64,000 bases of DNA from the human T2T-CHM13v2.0 reference genome, Homo sapiens: assembly GCF_009914755.1 (NCBI RefSeq), contig NC_060937.1; one strand, written 5' to 3'. Under the pieces are notes generated by a model that made no database searches, had not been told where the DNA came from, and saw nothing but the letters and a program-made list of their open reading frames with translations. Shown piece after piece: positions 1-14,109 of this stretch. The translations under genes and the position numbers were made by a program. Within the stretch, counting starts at the first letter, position 1. Every line of letters begins with the position of its first letter.

Positions 1-1003
1 CCACCAACTAGGTGGCAATACTTTGCAGGGCTCGGCAAAGTTCTCTTGAAGGCTGTGTATGTCCTGAATCAGCATCCAATATATGGTACTGTTTCCCTCA
101 TAGCCAGCATTCACAGGCCTAAGAATCAAGGGGTAGAAGTAGAAGTGGCACCACTCACCATCACTCCTAGTGACCCACTAGCAAAAATTTTACTTCCAGT
201 TCCCCCAACATTATGTTCTGCTGGCCTTAGTTCCAGAGGGAAGAATTCTGCCACCAGTCGACACAAGAATGATACCATTAAACTGAAAGTTAAAATTGCC
301 ACCTGGCCACTTTGGGCTCCTCCCAACTCTAAGTCAACAGGCCAAGAAAGGAGTTACAGTGTTGGCTTGGGTGATTGACCTGGACTATCAAGATGAAATC
401 AGGTTACTACTCCACAGTGGAGGTAAGGAAGAATATGTGTGGAATACAGGAGATCCCTTAGGCCGTCTTTTATTACTACCATGCCCTGTGATTAAGGTCA
501 ATGGAAAACTACAACAATCCAATCTAGGCAGGACTACAAATGGCCCAGACTCTTCAGGAATGAAGGGTTGGGTGACTTCACCAGGTAAAAAAATAACAGC
601 CTGCTGAGGTGCTAGCTGAAGGCAAAGGGAATACAGAATGGTTAGTAGAAAAAGGTAGTCATCAATACCAGCTATGACCACAAGACCAGTTGCAGAAATG
701 AGACCTGTAATTGTCATGTGGATTTCCTCCTTACATGTTTGTGCATGTATACACTTCTACTAAGAAAATACCTTTATTTATTTCCTTTGCTTTTCCCTTA
801 TCAAGTGACATTATTAACTTCATATCAGCAGTTAAGTGTTATTAACTTTATGTAACAGCATTTCGGTTAATAATTCACTTCTGGTTGTATGAAGGATAGC
901 CGTATTAAGTTAGGTGTAATTATGACATCATTATTGTCTTTATTTGAAGATTATGTGTAATTTCAGGAGATGTGTATGGGTTCAAGTTGACAAGGGATGG
1001 ACT
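1..1003 (+). mobile_element. HERV-L (ERVL) internal 3' end: integrase C-terminus, dUTPase, 3' untranslated region and PPT (decayed)
   Basis: ORFs 46..378 (KAVYVLNQHPIYGTVS...APLTITPSDPLAK) and 296..607 (PPGHFGLL...VIDLDYQDEI...GMKGWVTSPGK) resemble HERV-L pol/dUTPase but lie in different frames. PPT-like 'ttgacaagggatggact' immediately precedes the LTR. The element runs off the window start. Confidence 0.93.
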
Positions 1004-1341
1004 TGTGATGGCTAATGTTGAGTGTCAACTTCACTGAGGATGCAAAGTATTGTTCCTGGGTGTGTCTGTGAGGGTGTTGCCAAAGGAGATTAACATTTGT
1101 GTCAGTGAACTGGGAGATGCAGGCCCACCCGCAATCTGGGTGAGCACCATGTAATCAGCTGCCAGAGCAGCTAGAATAAAGCAAGCAGAAGAAGGTGGAA
1201 GGAGCTGACTTGCTGAGTCTTCTAGTATTCTTCGTTCTTCTATGCTGGTTGCTTCCTGCCCCCAAACATCAGTCTGCAAGTTCTTCTGCTTTTGGACTCT
1301 TGGACTTACACCAGTGGTTTGCCAGGGACTCTCGGGCCTTC
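1004..1341 (+). mobile_element. MLT2A2-like 3' LTR of the HERV-L, 3'-truncated
   Basis: Starts TGTGATGGCTAATGTTGAGTGTCAACTT and continues gggtgtgtctgtgagggtgttgccaaaggagattaacattt. Similarity stops abruptly after ctcgggccttc, with no terminal CA. Confidence 0.9.
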
Positions 1342-1820
1342 TTTTCTAGCTGTAAATCAACAGACAGTAGATTTGACAGAAGCATTCCATGAAAGGAAAG
1401 CAAATCTATATTCAGGTGAATATCTAGTTCAGTAAAAACAAAGCACTGCCCTTTCATGATGGAAGTCATGCAGTGCAATAGACCTGCTACCAAGTAGCTG
1501 GCTGATTGCACCAGGGAATACTCTCATATCAGGGAATCAGCGGTGGTCTCTGATTCTTGTAGAATGAACACTTAGCAATGGCTATAGTCAGGTCAGCCGT
1601 GATGAGTGGAACTCTATTTTGCTGAGCCCATTCATAACCTCCATTTTTACTAACATGGCCACTTTGTTCATGAGTCCTCTTGGTAATGATAGGAGTTGCT
1701 GGGGAAAGAGGCTGACTTGTACACAAAGTATGGGTCTTTCTGTCCACTTGGTTATTAAAGTCCCTCTCTGCTGAGATCACTGTTTGGTGGACATTCACAT
1801 GGCACAAAAACATTTACATC
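1342..1820 (-). mobile_element. Older ERVL internal fragment (RNase H end and integrase HHCC region)
   Basis: Minus ORF 1529..1813 HVNVHQTVISAERDFNNQVD...HEQSGH...YEWAQQ...AKCSFY. ORF 1269..1511 contains CFVFTELD. Confidence 0.85.
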
Positions 1821-2213
1821 ATACCATTTTGGAAGTAGGATCTTTTCAGATGTAATCAAGTTAAGATGAGCCTGCACTAGATTAAGGTCAACCCTAGTCT
1901 AATCACTGGAGTCTCAATAAGAAAAAAAAAAAGAGACACAGAGGCAAACAGAGGGAAGAAAAACACGCGACAATGGAAACAAAGACTGGAGTTATGCAGC
2001 TGCAAGCCAAGGAATGCTATGGATTGGCAGCAACTGTCAGATGCTGGAAAAAGGCAAGGAAGTATCTTCGCCTAGAACCGTCAGAGAGAACATGAGCCTG
2101 CCAACACCTTTATTAGACTTCTAATCTCCAGAATTGTAAATAAATATATTTCTGTTGTTTTAAGTCATCCATTTTGTGGTATTTTTTTATAGCAGCCTTA
2201 GAAAACTAATACA
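1821..2213 (+). mobile_element. MLT1C-like MaLR LTR, 5'-truncated
   Basis: gatgtaatcaagttaagatgag...gcaagccaaggaatgc...; ends agcagccttagaaaactaataca. Confidence 0.85.
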
Positions 2214-2399
2214 GCTAAAATCTTACATTAAAAACTTTCCTCATTAAGTATTTATTTATCCTAAAATACATACCATATTTTGTCCAATGCATTTGTGATG
2301 GATTTGTCTTCAAGCTTCTTCTAGTCTCCACTTGTCTATTTCAGTAGAGCTACCACATATATATTTATGTTATTAAATATATTAGAATTTTTAAAACCA

Positions 2400-2780
2400 G
2401 ATTTTCAAAACTGAGATTACTTGGTCAGAGAAAATACATCTATAATTTCACTATATATTAATAAATACTCCTAAATAAAAATGTCATCATTCATTTTTTA
2501 TATGTACAAGTGATATATGAGAGTGCCGATTTTCCCACAACTATCTATAGGACTTGTCAAGCTTCTGAATTTTTGATAAATGGGAAATTGCATCCTTGTT
2601 AATTGTGGATATACATTTTCTTATCATGAGTGTTACTGAACATTTTCTCCATAGACAACAATAATTTGCATTGATTTACTTGAGAACTAATGGTTTATAA
2701 ATTCCAAAGATTTTTTAATAATGACAGTATTTCTTTCCTAAATTTTTAGTAGTTCTTTATATATTCAGATATTAGTGGTG
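2400..2780 (-). mobile_element. Old L1M (L1ME-like) ORF2 3' fragment
   Basis: Degenerate gagagtgccgattttcccaca...gaacattttctccata...agttctttatatattcagatattagt. Confidence 0.55.
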
Positions 2781-5700
2781 TGCATATGATACAATTAGAC
2801 TATTTTTTGTTTTCTATTGTGTTGTTTTGTTTGTGTTTTGATTTTTTTTTAATTTTAGGTTCAAGTGGTACATGTGCAGGTTTGTTACATGGGTATATTG
2901 TGTGATGCTGAGGTTTGGACTTCTAATGATTCTGTAGCTCAATGAGTGAGTGAACATAGTGCCTGATAGGTAGTTTTTCAACCCTGTTCCCGCGCCCTCC
3001 TTCCCCTCTTCTTAAATCCCCAGTGTCTAATGTTCCCATCTCTGTGTCCATGTGCACCAATGATTAGCTCCCACGTATAACTGGGACCATGCATTATTTG
3101 GTTTTGTTTCTGCATTAATTCACTTCAGATAAGGACTTCCAGCTGCATCTGTGTAATTGCAAAACATGACTTCATACTCTTATGGCTGTGTAATATTCCA
3201 TGGTATATATGTACCACATTTTCTTTATTCAATCCACCATCAATGGATACCTAGGTTGATTCCATGTCTGCTATTTTGAATAGTGCTATGATAATCATGC
3301 CAGTGCAGGTGTTTGGTTTTGTTGGGGGTGCATTTGATAGAACAATTTACTTTCCTTTGGGCATATAGAAAGTAATGGGATTGGTGGGCAAAATGGTAAT
3401 TCTATTTTTAGTTCTTTGAGAAATTTTCAAACTGCTTTCCACAGGGACTGAGGTAATTTACAATCCCACCAACAGTATATAAGCATTCACCTTTTTCCAT
3501 GCCTGGTCAAAACCTATTTTTATTTTTTTTACTTTTTAATAATAGCCATTCTGACTGGTGTGATAGAATCTCTCATTGTGGTTTTGATTTGTATTTCTCT
3601 GATTATTATTGAAGTTGAGCATTTTTCCATGTTTGTTGGTCCCTTGTGTAGTTTCTTTAGAAAAGTGTCTCTTCATGTTTTTTGGCCACTTTTTAATGAG
3701 GTTGCTTGTTTTTACTTGTTAATTTATGTTCCTTATAGATTTTAGATATTAGATCTTTTTTTAGATACATAGTGTGAAAGTATTTTCTCCCATTCTGTAG
3801 GTCATCTGTTTACCCCATTGATAGTTTCTCTTGCTGTGCAGAAGCTCTTTAGTTTCACTAAGTCCCAACTGTCAATTTTTGGTTTTGTTGCATTTGCATT
3901 TGAAGACTTCGTTATAAATACTTTGCCTAGACCAATGTTCAGAAGAGTATGTCTTAGGTTTCCTTCTAGGATTCTGACAGTTTGAGGTTTTACATTTAAG
4001 TCTTTAATCTATGTTTAGTTAATAGTTGTATATGATGAGAGGAAGGAGTCAAGTGTCATTCTTCTGAATATGGGTAGCAAGTTTTTCTGGCACCATTTAT
4101 TGAATGGGCTATCTTTTCTCCATTGTTTATTTTTGTTGAGTTTGTCAAAGATAAGTTGATTGTATGTGTGTGGCTTTATTATGGCTTCTCTATTATGTTC
4201 CATTGGTCTATGTGTCTGTTTTTGAACAAGTACTATTCTGTTTTGGTTACTGTAGCTTTATAGTTTAAATTCAGGTAATGTGAGGTCTCTGGCTTTGGTT
4301 CTTTTTGCTTAAGATTTCTTTGGCTGTAGGGCCCTTTTTTGATTCCATTTGAATTTTAGATTAGATTTTTCTAATTCTGTGAAAAATAATGTTGATAATC
4401 TGATAGGAATTTTGTTAAATCTAGTAGTTTGTTTTGGGTAGTATAAACATTTTAATGATATTGATTCTTTCAATTCATGAGTGTGGAATGTTTTCCATTT
4501 GTTTGTGTCATTTCTGATTTCTGTCATCAGTGTTTTCTAATTCTTCTTGTAGAAATCGTTCATCTCTTTGGTTAGCTATATTTCTATGTATTTTTTATGG
4601 CTATTTGAAATAGGATTGCATTCTTGACTTGACTCTCAGCTTGAACATTATTGGTGTATGGAAATGCTACTGATTTTTTTACATTGACTTTGTATCTTGA
4701 AACTTGACTGAAGACATGTATAAATTCTCAGAACCTTTTGGCAGAGCTTTTGTGGTTTTCTAAGTATGGAGTCATAGCATCAATGAAGAAATGTATTTTG
4801 ACTAATTATTTTTCTATTAGAAGAAGTTGTATTTCTTTCTTTTGCCTGATCACTCTGGCTAGGTCTTCCAGTACTGTGATGAATATGAGTGGTGAGAGTG
4901 GAGATCACTGGCTTGTTCAAGTTGTTAATAGAAATGCTTCCAACTTGTGCCCATTTAGTATGCTATTGGCTGTGGGTTTGTCATAGGTTGTACTTATTAT
5001 TTTGAGATATGTTCTTTCAATTCTTAGTTTGTTGGGGGTTTTTATCATGAAGGAGCAGAGGAGCAGTGGATTTCATCAATTGCTTTATTGTTTGTCAAGA
5101 TGATCATATGGTTTTTTGTTTTTAATTTTGTTTATATGGTGAATCAGATTTATTGATTTGCATATGTTGATCCAATCTCGCATCCCAGAAATAAAGCTCT
5201 CTTGATTTTGGTGGGTTATATTTTTGATGTTCCCTTGGGTTCGGTTTGCTAATATTTTGCTGAGGATTTTTGCATCTGTGTTCATCAAGGATATTATCTG
5301 TGGTATTCCTTGTTCTGTCTTTGCCAGATTTTGATATCAGGATGATACTGGTTTTGTAGAATGAGTCAAGGGGGAATCCCCTCCTCCATGATTTTTTTTT
5401 TTCTTTTTAGAATAGTTTCACTAACATTGGGACCAGCTCTTCTTTATATACTAGGTAGAATTCCCTGAGAATCCATCTGGTCCAGAACATTTTTTATTTG
5501 GTAGGACTGTTTAATGCTGATGTAATTTTGTAAGTCATTATTGGTCTGCTAAGTATTTCTATTTTTTCCTTGTTCAATCTTGGAAGGTCATGTTATCAGA
5601 AATTTGTCAATTTCCTCTAGAGTGTCTAACTTTTGTGCATAAAGATTGATTATTTTAACCCTTGAACGTCTTTTGTCATTTCCATGGGATCAGTTGTAAT

Positions 5701-5952
5701 ATCACCTTTGTCATTTCTGATTGTGTTTATTTGGATTTTCTCTTTCTTTTGCATTGTTAATCTAGCTAGCATTCTGTCATTCTTATTAATCCTTTCAAGG
5801 GAACAACTTTTTTTTTCCTTTGGTATGTTGTCTTTTCTGGTGTGAGTTTTATTTGGTCTGCCCTGGTTTTAATCACTTATTTTCTTCTCTAGGTTTGCAT
5901 TTAGTTCACTCTTGTTTTTCTAGTTCTTTTAGGTTTGACATCAGATTGTTAA

Positions 5953-6307
<355 letters not shown>

Positions 6308-7023
6308 TGCAAACATTCCTCTTAACACTGCTTTTGCTGCATTCCAGAGATTTATTATGTTGTGTTATTTTCATGTTTTTAAATAAATTTTTGATTTGTT
6401 CCTTAATTTCATTGTTTTCCTGAAAATTGTTAAGGAGCAAGTCATTTAGTTTACACACACTTGTGTAGTTTTGAGAGTTTCCCTTGGGATTCATTTCTAT
6501 TTTTATTCCACTATGGTTTGAGAAGGGGCTTGGTATATTTTCATTTAAAAAAAAATGTGTTCAGACTTGCTTTATGCATGTGGTAAATTTTAGAGTATGT
6601 TCATTCTGTAGATGAGAAGAACGTATATTCTTCGGATGTTGGATGGAGTATTCTGTAGCTGTCTAGTATGTCCAGTTGGTAAAGTGTTGAATTTAAGTCC
6701 AGAATTTCTTTGTTAGTTTTATCCCATAATGATCTGTCTAATGCTGTCAATGGAGTGTTGAAGTACATTATTATTGTGTGTCAAAATCTTTTCTTAGATC
6801 TAGAAGTAATTATTTTATAAATCTAGTTGTTCCAATGTTGAAGGAATATATACTTAGGATAGTTGAGTCTTCATGTTAAATTGAATGTTTTATCATTATG
6901 GAATGACTTTCGTTGTTGTTGTTGTTTTTGTTGTTGTTTACCATTGCTGGCTTAAAGTCTGTTTTATCTGACACAAGAATAGTGACCCCTTCCTTTTTTG
7001 TGTTTTTTGTTTCTGTGATAGAT

Positions 7024-7397
<374 letters not shown>

Positions 7398-8550
7398 TAA
7401 GATTAAGTCTTGTTTTTTAATCCAATATTCCACTTTTTGATTTTAAGTGGCATCTTTAGACTATTTTCTTTCAAGGTTAAAAATGATGTGAAATTTTGTT
7501 CCTGTGTGGTTTTGTTAGCCTGTTGCTTGTAGTCTTGATTGTTTAGTTGCTTTATAGGGTCTGTGGGCTATGTACTTAGCGTGTTTTTGTTGTCGTTGAT
7601 GTCGTAGCCAGTATCATTGTTTTTCATTTCCATATTCGGAACCCCCTTAAATGTGTCTTATAAGGCCAGTCTGGTGGCACTGAATTCCACTAGCAATTGC
7701 TTGTCTAGAAAAGATTTTATTTCTCCTTTGCTTGTGCTTGTTTGTTGGGGTATAAAATTCTTGGATGGATTTTTTTTTTAAGGATGCTGAAAAACACAAG
7801 CCCACAGTATCTATTGGCTTGTAAATCTTCTTCAGAGAAATTGCTGTTAGTCTGATGGGATTCCCTTAATAGGTAATATGGCCCTTTTCTCTGGCTACCT
7901 TTAATTTTTTTTTGTATTGACCTTGGGTAGTCTGATGACTATATAACTCAGAGATGATCATCTTGTATAGTATCTTTCAAAGTTATCTGAATTTCTTGTA
8001 TCTGTATGTCAACCTCTCTAGTGAGATTGGGAACATTTTCATGAATTGTATCTTCAAATATATTTTCCAAGTTACCTACTTTCTCTTCTTCTCTCTCAGA
8101 AAAACCAATGGGTTGTAGGTCTGGTCACTTTAGATAATCCCACCTTTTGCAGAGGCCTTGTTCATTTTTTAAAAATCTTTTTTTCTTTATTTTTGTCTGA
8201 CTAGGTTGATTCAAAGTACCCATCTTTAAGCTTCAAAATTCTTTACTCAGCTTGGTCTAGTCTGTTGTTAAGACTTTTAACTGTGTTTTGAAATTCTTAT
8301 AGTAATTTTTTTTTTAATTTCAGAAGTTCAGTTTTCTTCTTTTTAAATGTGGCTATCTTGGCTTTCAAGTCTTGGATAATTTTTCTGGCTTCCCTTGGAT
8401 TGACTTCCAATCTTCTCTTGGATCTTTATGAGTTTCCTTGCCATCCAGATTCTGAGTTCTATATCTGCCATTTTAGATATTTCAATCTGGTAAGATTTAT
8501 TGGCAGGGAGCTAGTGTGATCTTTGGGAGCAACAAAACACTCTGGCTTTT

Positions 8551-8622
8551 TGTATTGCTAATATTCTTGAGCTATTTCCTTTTCATTGTATTGCTAATAT
8601 TCTTGAGCTATTTCCTTTTCAT
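8551..8622. repeat. Perfect 36-bp tandem duplication inside L1
   Basis: tgtattgctaatattcttgagctatttccttttcat x2. Confidence 0.95.
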
Positions 8623-10693
8623 CTGAGGAAGCTGACACTTCCTTTCTCTTTTTGAAATTGCTGTCATTTGGATGAAGCTTTTTGAATTTTTATTCTTTTT
8701 TCCCTTTATAGCCTGATTGTGATGTATGTTGTATGGAATTTATTAGCTTTGTTTCTGGGTGCTTTCAGGGAGCCAAAGCTCTGTACAGGTTCCTTGATTG
8801 TAGATAGATTCCTGTTATAGGTTTCATAGGCATTGTATGTTGTAGCAAATTATTTTTGTTTGGTGGTGTAATTCAGACTGCAGTCTGGTAGATGGTGCTT
8901 AAAAGTGAGGGCCAACACACAGGCTCTCACTCAGCCATGCTTGCACTTTTTGTATTTCAGTGCATCTGCAACAGTGCTCTGGGGAGGAGACAAAAGAGGA
9001 CAAGAGAAGACTCGCTCTCCAAGTCCATTTCTGGGCTTTCATTGTATTCTCTTCATTGCTGGCACTATGCCAGTGTTTCCTTTCCCCCAAAGGGGGCTTT
9101 AGCAGGCTGTACTTCCCTCTGCTGTAGGGGTGGTACACACTGAGGGTTAGGTCCCCAGGAGATCTCTGACTCCCCAGAAATCTACCAGTCCCTCGTGCTT
9201 GCCAAAGTCAGAGTGGGTTTTGGGGTATGTTTGCTAGTGGTCTCGTGATGCAGTGTCTCTAGGGCAGGGGATCCCAAGGCTGGGCATAGGCACTGTGGAT
9301 GTTCAACCAGTATGATACCCATAGCCCAGTGTTTTCAGACCACAGACAGATGTGGGGCCTGCCCAGCTCACACACTCTGAACCCAGGGGCTCTACTAACA
9401 GTGTCTGCCCCGGGAACATTCCCAATAAGTTAGGCTTGTCCCAGGCCATCTGTGCCCAGATTTCTGAGCCATTCCAGACATTCTGGGCTGTGGCTTCCCA
9501 GGGAGAGAAGCCACAGCTATCAAGCCCTATCCATCCCAGTCTGGTCTTGCAAAAGCAGTGCTGCCCATCTCCCGTGCTGGCACACAGAGTTCTGACAGTG
9601 AGATTTCTTCTCCTACTTGAGCTCAAGGCATACGTTTTTGCTTGATAACCCAAGCTGGTGTGCTTGAGTACTGGGGAGTTGAGACTTGGCCCACAGTTTT
9701 GTCCTCTGTCCCCTTAAAGTCAAGCACCATCCATAATGGGGGGATGAACTGATCTTAGGCTGCCAGTAAAACATCCAGGTGGGGCAGTGTAGGCTGTGCT
9801 GTGAGCTCGCAGGCAAAGGGGTGCAGGGATCAGAAGCACCTCAGTCCCATAGCGATGGTGGCCCTGCTCTCTCTTACCTTGGCAGAGAGCAGGAGCTGCA
9901 CCCGCTCAGTGAAAGATGGAGTGAAAGATGGGTATGGGTGCCTATTGCATTTCACTGCAGTTAAACAGTGAAGCCTTCTAGGCTGTGCGTAGATTCAAGC
10001 TTGCCTCTACTTGTTCTCCAGGTGGCTCCTTCTGCCAGTCCAAAGGACTATGGGTGTCTTGGGAATTTCTGTCACTAGGATCTCAGAGGTCCATAGTGGG
10101 AATGTAGTGTCCTAGGGTTTTTTCACTCTAGGTCTAGTCTGGGTCCAGGGACCAGTCCTGGCACCCAATGGCTCCATGCAGGCTTCCCAGCTTCCTCCCT
10201 GTTGAACTGCAGTGCCTGTCACCTCTCTATTGATTTCTGATTTTTCCTCTTTAAAGATCCTTTCAAAATGTAATGGTTTACTGGATATTTTGTCTCTTCT
10301 CTGTGGAAAAGGCATTTCCCAGCTGTGTCTAGTTGGCTATCTTTCCAGCTCTTCAATTTTGTCTGAGATTTGTCTAGAGTAAACCAGTATCTTTAATGCA
10401 GCAATACTAGCTATTTTCATATAATAAAATGTATAATAATAGGTAATATTTTGCTATATAATGTCAAAATATATTTTGATCTTCAAAACTGTAAATTGTA
10501 TGTTCAATTTAATACACTTATTTGATAGGAGCACCTTTTTAATATAAATCTTTAGAAAACCATTTATCTTTGAAATAAATTTTGAAAATTCTTAGCTAGA
10601 GGGTTTTTTGATTGTTTTTTATTTTCTCTGTTTGCTTTTATATATATATCTCAGGTCTTCTTAATAAACAGAAAATGAGAAAATCGATAGCTT

Positions 10694-11080
10694 TATATTA
10701 GATTTCTTTGTCTGCTTTAACAAATCACCGTATATTTCATGGCTTAAATCAAAACAAATTTATTATCTTGCATTTCTATAGCATAGAAGTTCAACAGAAG
10801 TCTTGCTGGCCTAAAGGCAAATTTGGGACATTCCTTTCTGGAGGCTTTTGGGGAAAATCTATGTTTCTGCCTTTTCCAGCTTCTAAGAGTTTCCAATATT
10901 CCTTGGCGTGTGGCCCTTTTACTCCATCTTTAAAACCAGCTGTGTTGCATCTCTCTGACCATAGTTCATAATCACATCTTCCACCTACCAGAGTTGGGAA
11001 AGTTTCTTTACTCACATGAACTTATGTGATTATTTTGAGCCCATATAGAAAATTCAGAATAATCTCCTCGTCTACAAGAC
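10694..11080 (-). mobile_element. MLT1D/E-like MaLR LTR
   Basis: tatattag...ctgctttaacaaatcacc...tttattatcttgcatttct...ttcctttctggaggct...cttttccagcttcta...ccatctttaaaaccagc. Confidence 0.8.
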
Positions 11081-11908
11081 AAAATTTTATCTTCATACTT
11101 AATGTATTTATTTAATTTAAAGTTTAAGTTATGTGTATCTTCCAATATTATTTCTGTGAAATAAAATGGGAAGTTCTAAACATAAGTAAAATGTCTATGT
11201 AACTATATCATCAACATCTTCTCTAACATATACATTTATTTTTCCACCAGATACCTACATAACAGGAATATTTCTTATCTCATTAGTGTTTTTTTATTTT
11301 AAAATATATTTACATTTGTATTATGCAATATATTTAATTACATTACACATACATATACATTAATTTTAATATACATTTTGAGCATAATTGTTTTAAGTGC
11401 TATGATATTGTCATCTCTTCTCAACATGACTGATTTAAATCTGACTTAATGGATGATTTCAAAGTTTTAATAGCAATTCCTTTTTCTTGAACTAGGTACT
11501 ACAAAATACACTTAGAAATTCATGTTGAAGTTAATTTATTTTCCATTTAATTTACAACTGCATAAGTAATAAATTATGTACCACTGAGACTTAATTTATT
11601 GTAATGCTCACAACACAGGAGTCCAATTACAAATAGAGAGTTAAAGTTATAAGTATCTTAAATTATTAAGGGATTGCCACTGTTAGAAATCTGGAATTGG
11701 AAATTTTATTATTTGTTTTATTGTTATTTTATCTGTTATTTCTAACCTGTGGTTATTTTTTATTTGGCTTTCATATCCAGGATTGCATATTTTTAAAAAT
11801 TATACAAGTTTTGGGGTAGTTGACAATATGAATAAATAATGTATTTACATATGTATATATATTTTTTAAAGGTCAAGAAAATAAACTATTCTTGGTTTGA
11901 ATAAAATA

Positions 11909-12145
11909 TGAGAGACACTTAAGGTTGTTTCTACAACTTGGCTGTTGCGAATAATGCTGCAATGACTACAGTCAATAATTCTGTATTATATACTGAAAAC
12001 TTTGAGAGTAGATTTCAGTGCTCTCACCACACATACACACACAAAACCTGGCAACTATATAAGGTTATGAATATGATAATTAGCTTGAGAGTGCTGTACA
12101 CCTTAAATACATACGATTTTTATTTAAAAATTAATAAAAAATAAA
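11909..12145 (+). mobile_element. Short L1MA/L1MB 3' end with a 5'-inverted segment (11909-11965 on minus)
   Basis: Minus-strand gacacttaaggttgtttc...ttggctgttgcgaataatgctgcaatga is joined to plus-strand atgactacagtcaataattctgtattatatactgaaa...tgtacaccttaaatacatac and an A-rich tail. Confidence 0.75.
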
Positions 12146-12999
12146 GGAGCTTGGCCTTATGCAATTAAAAACAATAACAATGACAATAATACCATAACAA
12201 CAACAGTTTTGTGAGAAACTGCAAGAGCAATTTGAATTCTGTTTTTATCACTCTAATGTGTATACTTAACCTGGAGTTGGGGAAGTAGGTTTGAGCTTTC
12301 AGCAGATGCCTTCTGCAGGCGGCAATGAGAGTTTTTGGTTTACAATATTTAATATCTTTCCTTCTCAGCTACGTTCTTTCATTATCAAAAGGATTGGCAT
12401 TCCATATGTCAAAGTGCATAGGTAATATTACAGTCACAGAAGTCCCTGCTAGTATTGAGAACTGATGAAAACATGTGACACTCAGTGAGTTTGCCTTTAG
12501 ATTTTATTTCTTCAATATGTAATCCTCAAAATATCCAGGGCAGATGGACGACTATGAGAGTGAATGTATTTTTCAAATGTGGTTTCTTCCAAGAAAAATT
12601 TAACTATCAGATAATTATCTTTGATGTAGTAGTAAGCGAGACAGTATTCAGTAGCACCTTCACGTTCTGCTCAGTGGCTCATCTCTTTCCTCTTGAAAAA
12701 TCACTTTAAGTGAAACAGAATAGGTCCTGCCCTTCTGTGCTTCTCCATTAGCCTCTCCCTGAAGGAAGAGCTAATGTCTCCACTAAAATAGGCACCAAGA
12801 CCAAAGTAATAAAATGCCTTCATATAATAACATACAAATTGTCGATAGTAAATGCTATCTAAAGTGAAATTGTAAAAGCAGATATAATAAAAATAAAGAT
12901 GTTAGCTATATTTAAGAAAATTAACTTAATAATGTTATCCAAGAATCTAAAGTCATTAAAAATACAAAGTAGATACTAATTGTGAAAAATACTACATAA

Positions 13000-13620
13000 A
13001 ACTAAGAAATAATTAGATGTAATAATAACACCATGAATAATAATGTTGAGTAAGGCAGAATAAAGTTGAGTCAGGCAGAATAAGAAAATATATATATATA
13101 TATATTCTGTGAATAAATTATTAAATTAAATTATTAAGGGATTCACAGAAAATATATTTTTATAAGTATTAAGTAAAGAGCGAGAAAAAGGAAAGATTCT
13201 AATATCAGGATATTGAAAGTCTCAAGCAGTTATTAATAGTTTTTCAATGGCAGAACAAAGAATTTAAAATTAAATGAAGAGTCAAAATAGAGGAATGTCC
13301 TTATTTATGTATGAAGTTACAAATGAGAGATAAAGAAAACCATGTCCTGAACATGTTATAAAGTTAAGACCTCAATTTTAATAAAAATATTTTAAATTAT
13401 TTCAGGGAGAAATAAATGATCATATAAAAAAGTTGTCTGAGTAGATTCAGAAAGAGTGGTAAAGAAAAAATGGTGAAATAAATTTAGCCTTAAAAGAAAA
13501 TGATTTGCAATTAGAATTCTATATTTTACCATCTTTGATTTCTGTATTTTAAATATTTTCAGACGTGCAATAATTTATGTACTATGAAAAGCTCTACATT
13601 GAAACATTTTCAGTAAGTTC
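13000..13620 (+). mobile_element. Highly diverged HAL1/L1ME ORF1-like remnant
   Basis: A-rich; aaaagaaaatgatttgcaattagaattctatat...atattttcagacgtgcaa resembles the ORF1 C-terminal region. Confidence 0.45.
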
Positions 13621-14067
13621 TAAAATAGGAAGAGAAATAATACAGGAAGATTCCATGAGAGATGTGGGAAATTACAGAAAATTCAGATTTTAACTTTAAA
13701 AAATGAAATTATACAAAAAAGGTAATCCACAGGCCAAAAGAAAATGTGGTATTACAGATACAGAACAAAATTAATATATTTCAAGTAGAGATCCATATTT
13801 TATGAGGTCTGAAGCATATGTAACTTTTATATCTCCTTTTAAGGAAAAAAAATTTAAATACAAATTATAAAAGCACTTATTTTAAGAAAAGAGAAATTAA
13901 AACAAATCACAAATTTTGAAAAAGCTGAAAAATACCACAATTCAGTTTGCATTTTGACTTCCCCTGAGACATTACCAACATGTTTGAATTTTGGTATTAC
14001 CAGTAATTTATTTAAAAATATAAATATTCTAAAATGTTTATATACATACATATTTATATGCATATCT

Positions 14068-14072
<5 letters not shown>

Positions 14073-14107
<35 letters not shown>
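14073..14107. repeat. (TG)n microsatellite, about 17 units
   Basis: Direct reading. Confidence 0.95.

Positions 14108-14109
<2 letters not shown>

Noticed and set aside
46-607. ORFs of 110 and 103 aa as a functional or domesticated dUTPase
   Set aside because: They are frameshifted halves of HERV-L pol/dUTPase with non-ATG starts, and motif 3 is altered (AWVIDLDY).
13045-13083. Short direct repeats (20-bp pair here; similar pairs near 9909-9931, 30010-30045 and 44308-44363)
   Set aside because: Two-copy slippage duplications. There is no repeat-spacer array, so they are not CRISPR-like.
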